Below are positions 59,744 to 64,000 of a DNA stretch of 64,000 nucleotides, piece by piece; within the stretch, counting starts at the first letter, position 1; each line of letters opens with the position of its first letter. The translations under genes and the position numbers were made by a program. The stretch spans positions 702 to 64,701 of the forward strand of contig JAABQG010000015.1 of NCBI GenBank assembly GCA_011391595.1, given 5' to 3'. This DNA is from Hydrogenophaga sp. (GTDB taxonomy: Bacteria > Pseudomonadota > Gammaproteobacteria > Burkholderiales > Burkholderiaceae_C). The notes beneath the pieces were generated by a model, which ran no database searches, was not told the origin of the DNA, and worked only from the letters and a program-made list of their open reading frames with translations.

Positions 59744-60715
59744 TCAGGCCACCGGCTTGAACTCAAAGCCATTGCCCAGCTTCTCGATGCGGCCGAATGC
59801 CGGGAATGGAAAGTGGAAACCGCCGGCCATGACACGGTCATTCGCGATCATGTCAAACACCTTGCGGCGGGCCACGCGGGCCTCGTCAGGGTTCATGTCA
59901 AACTGGACCGCCCAGTCAGGGTTGCGCGCAAAGAGTTGCGGCACATTGGTGATATCTGCAAGGTAGGCAAACTTTTCGCCCTTGCTTTCCACCATGAACA
60001 GGGTATGGCCGGGGGTATGGCCATAGGCCGCCACGCTCTTGATGCCAGGCAGGATTTCCACACCAGCGTCGAACTTGATCAGCTGGTCCGCACCCAGGCC
60101 ACCCAGCATGCGCCGCACCGTCTGAAAGGCGCCTTTCATGGCGTCTGGCGCGGCCGCCATGCGGGCGTCATCCATCCAGAAGGCGTACTCCACGCTCGGC
60201 ACCATGATTTTGGCATTGGGGTACACCAACTGGCCCGCCTTGTTGCGCACCCCCAGGATGTGGTCGCCATGGAAGTGACTCAGGACAACCGTGTCGATGT
60301 CTTCCGCCTTGTACCCGGCCGCGTTCAGGTTCGCCATCAGGCGGCCGGTGGTCGGCCCGCCGTTGTCGGAAAAACCGGTGTCCATCAACACCTTGCGGTT
60401 GCCCGCAACGATCAGGAACGCCGTGAAGGGCACATCCAGGTACTCGGTCGGCAGGTTCTGGGAGCGCAGAAGTTCTTTCACTTCGCCCAAGGGCGCGTTG
60501 CGGACAAACTCGGCAGCCAGTGGGCGACGGGCCACGCCGTCATTCAGGGCAATGACTTCAAAGTCACCCACCTTCTGCTTGCGAAAACCCACTTGCACGA
60601 CGCTCGGGGCGCCCAGATCAGGTGCTGATTGCGCACCCAATGGCAAAAACGACCCGGCAGCATACGCTACCAGTGCAGAACCACCACCCACCAAGAAGTC
60701 ACGCCGAGTCGCCAT
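59744..60715 (-). CDS. Tat-exported MBL-fold metallo-hydrolase (lactonase-like)
   Basis: ATG 60715 gives twin-arginine signal MATRRDFLVGGGSALVAYAAG. Zinc motif HFHGDH. Substrate unknown. Confidence 0.85.
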   Translation of the reverse strand: MATRRDFLVGGGSALVAYAAGSFLPLGAQSAPDLGAPSVVQVGFRKQKVGDFEVIALNDGVARRPLAAEFVRNAPLGEVKELLRSQNLPTEYLDVPFTAFLIVAGNRKVLMDTGFSDNGGPTTGRLMANLNAAGYKAEDIDTVVLSHFHGDHILGVRNKAGQLVYPNAKIMVPSVEYAFWMDDARMAAAPDAMKGAFQTVRRMLGGLGADQLIKFDAGVEILPGIKSVAAYGHTPGHTLFMVESKGEKFAYLADITNVPQLFARNPDWAVQFDMNPDEARVARRKVFDMIANDRVMAGGFHFPFPAFGRIEKLGNGFEFKPVA

Positions 60716-61115
60716 AAAAAGTCTCCATAGATTGAATAAAGACCGAATAGTCTCAAACGCAACCCATAAGTTAGAAACCGCCCGCCGATGTCCTTTAGAT
60801 CGGCATGGTTTTCGACAGGGTTTTCGGCGCAACGCAGCTGACCGGGGTCCCCAAGCCATGTTGCAAGCGCTGGATCAGGCACGAGGCGAGCCCGCATTCC
60901 CGCCGCAGAACCGTCCAGGCCGGTCAGGTCACCGTTCGCCAGACGTGGCTCGACGCCATGGAGGACTGGCCCCCGAAGACTTGGGTTTTGAGATCGAAAA
61001 TTGAATCAAAATGGCCGCTTCCCATCGTGGTTCGGTCATTAATTGCTATCGAAAATGGAGTTTCAAAGCCGGCAAGAAAGTCGCCGCAATGGCCACCTTG
61101 GGCCTCCAGGCTGGG

Positions 61116-61997
61116 TCAACCCGGGCTGTCAGGCAATTTGAACCGTGTCTCCAGCAGCGACTCGATCCCGAACTGCTCCAGGATCGCGCGCAGGCGCTCA
61201 ACGGCGCTGCGCTTTTTCTGCCCGGTGTATTTCGCGATGATGAGCTCGTTCTTCAGGCTGTGCTCCCAGCCGACCAGTTCGGTCACCGTGACCTGGTAGC
61301 CGGACGCTTCCAGGTACAGGCAGCGCAGCACGTTGGTGATCTGGCTGCCCATCTCGCGGGTGTGCAGCGGGTGGCGCCAGAGTTCGGCGAGCGGCGTACG
61401 GTTCAGGCTGAGTGCCTTGCCGGCGTTGAGCGTGCGCGCCACCTCGGCCTGGCAGCAGGGCACCAGCACCATGACTTTCGCGTGCTTGCTAAGACCAAAG
61501 GCGATGGCGTCGTCGGTGGCGGTGTCGCAGGCGTGCAGAGCAGTGACGACATCGATGCGCGCAGGCAGTTCACCGGACTGGGTGGCGTCGGCCACGCTGA
61601 GGTTCAGGAAGCTCATGCGATCGAAGCCCAGGCGCGCGGCCAGTTCGCGCGACTTCTGCACCAGTTCGGGGCGGGTCTCGATGCCGTAGATGTGGCCGGC
61701 CTTCAGCGCCTTGAAATACAGGTCGTAGATGATGAAGCCGAGGTAGGACTTGCCCGCGCCATGGTCGGCCAGCGTGAGGCCGCCCTCGCCCGTCTTCGAC
61801 TCCTGCAGCTCCTGTAGGATTTTTTCGATGAACTGGAACAGGTGGTAGACCTGCTTGAGCTTGCGCCGCGAATCCTGGTTGAGCTTTCCCTCGCGCGTGA
61901 GGATGTGCAGCTCCTTGAGCAGCTCGACCGACTGGCCGGCGCGGATTTCAGGGGCCAGTGCCGGGGCGGCAGGCCCGGCGGCGGGTTTCTTCTTCAT
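61116..61997 (-). CDS. class I SAM-dependent methyltransferase (Methyltransf_32-like), function unknown
   Basis: ATG 61997 (MKKKPAAGPAAP) overlaps the DUF1415 stop (ATGA). SAM-binding LADHGAGKSYLG; ALHACDTATDDAI. Pfam name is from memory. Confidence 0.8.
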   Translation of the reverse strand: MKKKPAAGPAAPALAPEIRAGQSVELLKELHILTREGKLNQDSRRKLKQVYHLFQFIEKILQELQESKTGEGGLTLADHGAGKSYLGFIIYDLYFKALKAGHIYGIETRPELVQKSRELAARLGFDRMSFLNLSVADATQSGELPARIDVVTALHACDTATDDAIAFGLSKHAKVMVLVPCCQAEVARTLNAGKALSLNRTPLAELWRHPLHTREMGSQITNVLRCLYLEASGYQVTVTELVGWEHSLKNELIIAKYTGQKKRSAVERLRAILEQFGIESLLETRFKLPDSPG

Positions 61998-62578
61998 GGC
62001 TTGAGCTTGCCACATTCGCCCGCGTCCAGCGTCGGCCCGACGTCCAGCGCCGCCCAGCCCTCGGGGCCGAGCTTTTCCATGGTGGCCATGTTGACCTCAA
62101 AGATCGCTTCGGCCTCGGGAAAGGCCTGCACCGCGCGGTCGATACTGGCCTCGCGGATCAGGTGCAACGTAGGGTAAGGTGCGCGGTTGGTGCAGTTGGT
62201 GATGTCGTCGTCGCGCGTGCCGGCAAACACGAATCGGGGGTGGAACGGCGCGATCTGGAGGGTGCCTTCCAGGTCGAGCTCGGCCAGCACCTTGTCCGCC
62301 GTGGCCAGGAAGTGATTGAAATCCAGGAAGTCGGGGAAGGCCTGCGGCGCGACCAGCAGCGTGGTGTCGCGCACCTCGGGGTCGATGGCGACGAGGTCCC
62401 GCAGTTCACGCAGCAGGTCTTCCCGCAGCCCGGGCCCGTCGGTGGCCGCGCTCACGGCGTAATGCACCTGCCCCTTGACGTGCACGGACTTGGCGAAGGG
62501 GCACAGGTTCAGACCGATGACGGCGCGCTCCAGCCAACGGCGGGTGTCCTGTTCGGCGGTGTGATGTTGATCTGTCAT
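61994..62578 (-). CDS. DUF1415 domain protein, function unknown
   Basis: ATG 62578 (MTDQHHTAEQDTRRWLERAVIGLNLCPFAKSV), typical DUF1415 N-terminus. Family name is from memory. Confidence 0.75.
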   Translation of the reverse strand: MTDQHHTAEQDTRRWLERAVIGLNLCPFAKSVHVKGQVHYAVSAATDGPGLREDLLRELRDLVAIDPEVRDTTLLVAPQAFPDFLDFNHFLATADKVLAELDLEGTLQIAPFHPRFVFAGTRDDDITNCTNRAPYPTLHLIREASIDRAVQAFPEAEAIFEVNMATMEKLGPEGWAALDVGPTLDAGECGKLKP

Positions 62579-62648
62579 GACGTCTCCTGAATGGTTGAGG
62601 ACAGAGGAACGTTCACTGCGTGTAACTCTTGGTCTGTCCCGCAAGTTC

Positions 62649-63866
62649 TCACGGGTCAGCCCGTGCGACGCGGGCAATCTGCGCGGCCAGCAGCATGCCG
62701 ATCACCGAGCAGGCACCCGTGACGGCCCAAGTCCAATGCCAGCCGCCCACCGCGCCGGCCACCCAGGCCACCAGGGGCGGCCCGGCAAACTGGCCGGCGG
62801 CCGACCATTGTTGCACCCAGCCCACCGTGGTGGAGATCGTGTCGTCGCCGGGAGCCAGGCGCACCGCCAGCGAAAACAGCGTGCCGGGAATCATGCCACC
62901 CACCATGGAGAACAGCAGCACGCCCGCGTAGCGCAGCAGCGGCTGGCTCTCCGCCAGGGCGAACGCCATCAACGCGCCGAGCGACATGGTGGCAAATCCG
63001 ATGTAAAGCAGGGTCTGCGGCCGCAGGCCCCGCTGCAGCAGCCGGCCGGAGCCCACATTGCCGATGATGTTGACGGCGGCAGCCAGCGCAGTGAGCAGGC
63101 CCACCGCAGCGCCGCCGATGCCGGCCTGAAGGTAGATTGACGGAAGGAAACCAATGACAGCCAGCCACTGGCCCGAGTACACCGCGAAACTCAGGGCCAC
63201 CAGCCAGGGGCCGCGCGAAGTCAGCGTCTGGCGCAGGCGACGCGGCCAGGGCGCTATGGATGTGGCGGATTGCGCCTTCTGCCCGGTTCCTTCGGGACTG
63301 CGGCGCGCGGCGTCCAGCGGCACGCCGAGCGCCAGCCAGACCGCCATGGCTGCCGACAACACCGCCAAGCCCCACCACCAGCCCTGCCAGCCGAAGAGCG
63401 CCATCACCAGCGGGCCGCAGAGCAGGGCCACGGCCGAGCCAAAAGGCATGTAGGCGCCCCACAGCCCGAGCATCGTGCTGAGCCGGTTCATGGGAACCAG
63501 CTTGCGGATCAGGCTGGGGGCCGGCAGCGCGACCAGCAGAAGGCCGAAGCCTTCCAGCGCCCGCAGCGCCAGCAAATCACCGGGCCCCCGCGCCCAGCCA
63601 CCCGCTCCGCTCGCGCCGGCCAGCGTCCAAAGCCCCAGCAGCATGCTGCGGCGCAGCCCGAAGCTGTCGGCGGTGAGCCCGACGGCCAAGCCGAGCGTCA
63701 TGCCGGCGAACTGCACCATCGAGAGCAGGAAGCCAGCCTGCAGCAGGCTGACGCCCAGCGCGTCGCGCAGCACCGGCAGCGCAGGCGGCAGCTTGCCCAC
63801 GTGCAGCGCGGCACACACGCCGGCCAGGATGACCAGCAGGGCCGGGTCAATGGCGGGGCGTTTCAT
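62649..63866 (-). CDS. MFS transporter (CynX/NimT-like)
   Basis: 405 aa, about 12 TM; N-terminal LHVGKLPPALPVLRDALGVSLLQAG pattern. Confidence 0.85.
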   Translation of the reverse strand: MKRPAIDPALLVILAGVCAALHVGKLPPALPVLRDALGVSLLQAGFLLSMVQFAGMTLGLAVGLTADSFGLRRSMLLGLWTLAGASGAGGWARGPGDLLALRALEGFGLLLVALPAPSLIRKLVPMNRLSTMLGLWGAYMPFGSAVALLCGPLVMALFGWQGWWWGLAVLSAAMAVWLALGVPLDAARRSPEGTGQKAQSATSIAPWPRRLRQTLTSRGPWLVALSFAVYSGQWLAVIGFLPSIYLQAGIGGAAVGLLTALAAAVNIIGNVGSGRLLQRGLRPQTLLYIGFATMSLGALMAFALAESQPLLRYAGVLLFSMVGGMIPGTLFSLAVRLAPGDDTISTTVGWVQQWSAAGQFAGPPLVAWVAGAVGGWHWTWAVTGACSVIGMLLAAQIARVARADP

Positions 63867-63907
63867 GGCGTGTCGGCTAGCGACTTCGGAAAAGCTTGCC
63901 GGCGGCT

Positions 63908-64000
63908 CACGCCAGCAGCCTACGTCCGGTCAGGCGTTCGTGCTCACGCGCCGCAAAGCGGTCGGTCATGCCGGCGATGTAGTCAGCCACGGCGCGCGCC
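63908..64000 (-). CDS. dGTP triphosphohydrolase-like protein, C-terminal fragment (5' end outside window)
   Basis: Reverse frame reads ARAVADYIAGMTDRFAAREHERLTGRRLLA*, matching the conserved C-terminus of Dgt-family HD phosphohydrolases. Confidence 0.6.

Noticed and set aside
60805-61299. 164-aa plus-strand ORF (and the 76-aa minus-strand ORF 60667-60897) in the 400-bp gap
   Set aside because: The sequences are Arg/Pro/Ser/Trp-rich with no recognisable domain, and they run into the antisense of the methyltransferase or MBL genes. Treated as non-coding, with the region flagged as unassigned.

Overview
High-GC betaproteobacterial chromosome segment; the gene order looks Burkholderiales/Comamonadaceae-like, which is inference from synteny only. 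It is almost entirely densely packed housekeeping genes: hemA-prfA-prmC-grxD, proS, rppH, proB-obg-rpmA-rplU, ispB, tRNA-Pro, pilBCD-coaE-zapD-yacG, argJ, secA, tRNA-Thr, sspAB-petABC, mscL, pdxA. From about 34.7 to 58.7 kb there is a long minus-strand gene train: gltBD / mlaFEDACB / ABC-2 exporter / ibaG / murA / hisGDCBHAFIE / HIT / tatABC. The only accessory-looking part is 58.7-63.9 kb: a REP-associated tyrosine transposase (RAYT), a Tat-exported MBL hydrolase, a DUF1415 + methyltransferase pair and an MFS transporter. I found no CRISPR array, prophage, toxin-antitoxin or recognisable defence island, and no convincing novel multi-gene system. The unusual signals are at the level of small DNA elements. 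(1) A dispersed GTAG-containing two-hairpin intergenic repeat family, with about 7 good copies. (2) A single RAYT gene bracketed by 24-nt inverted repeats. (3) A 2 x 81-bp in-frame tandem repeat grafted onto the 3' end of an ABC ATPase gene. (4) A near-consensus sigma54 promoter in front of gltBD. (5) A hexose-6-P mutarotase-like gene embedded in the his operon. CDS boundaries come from the supplied ORF track, with starts re-chosen where noted. Short-motif coordinates were counted by hand and may be off by 1-2 nt.
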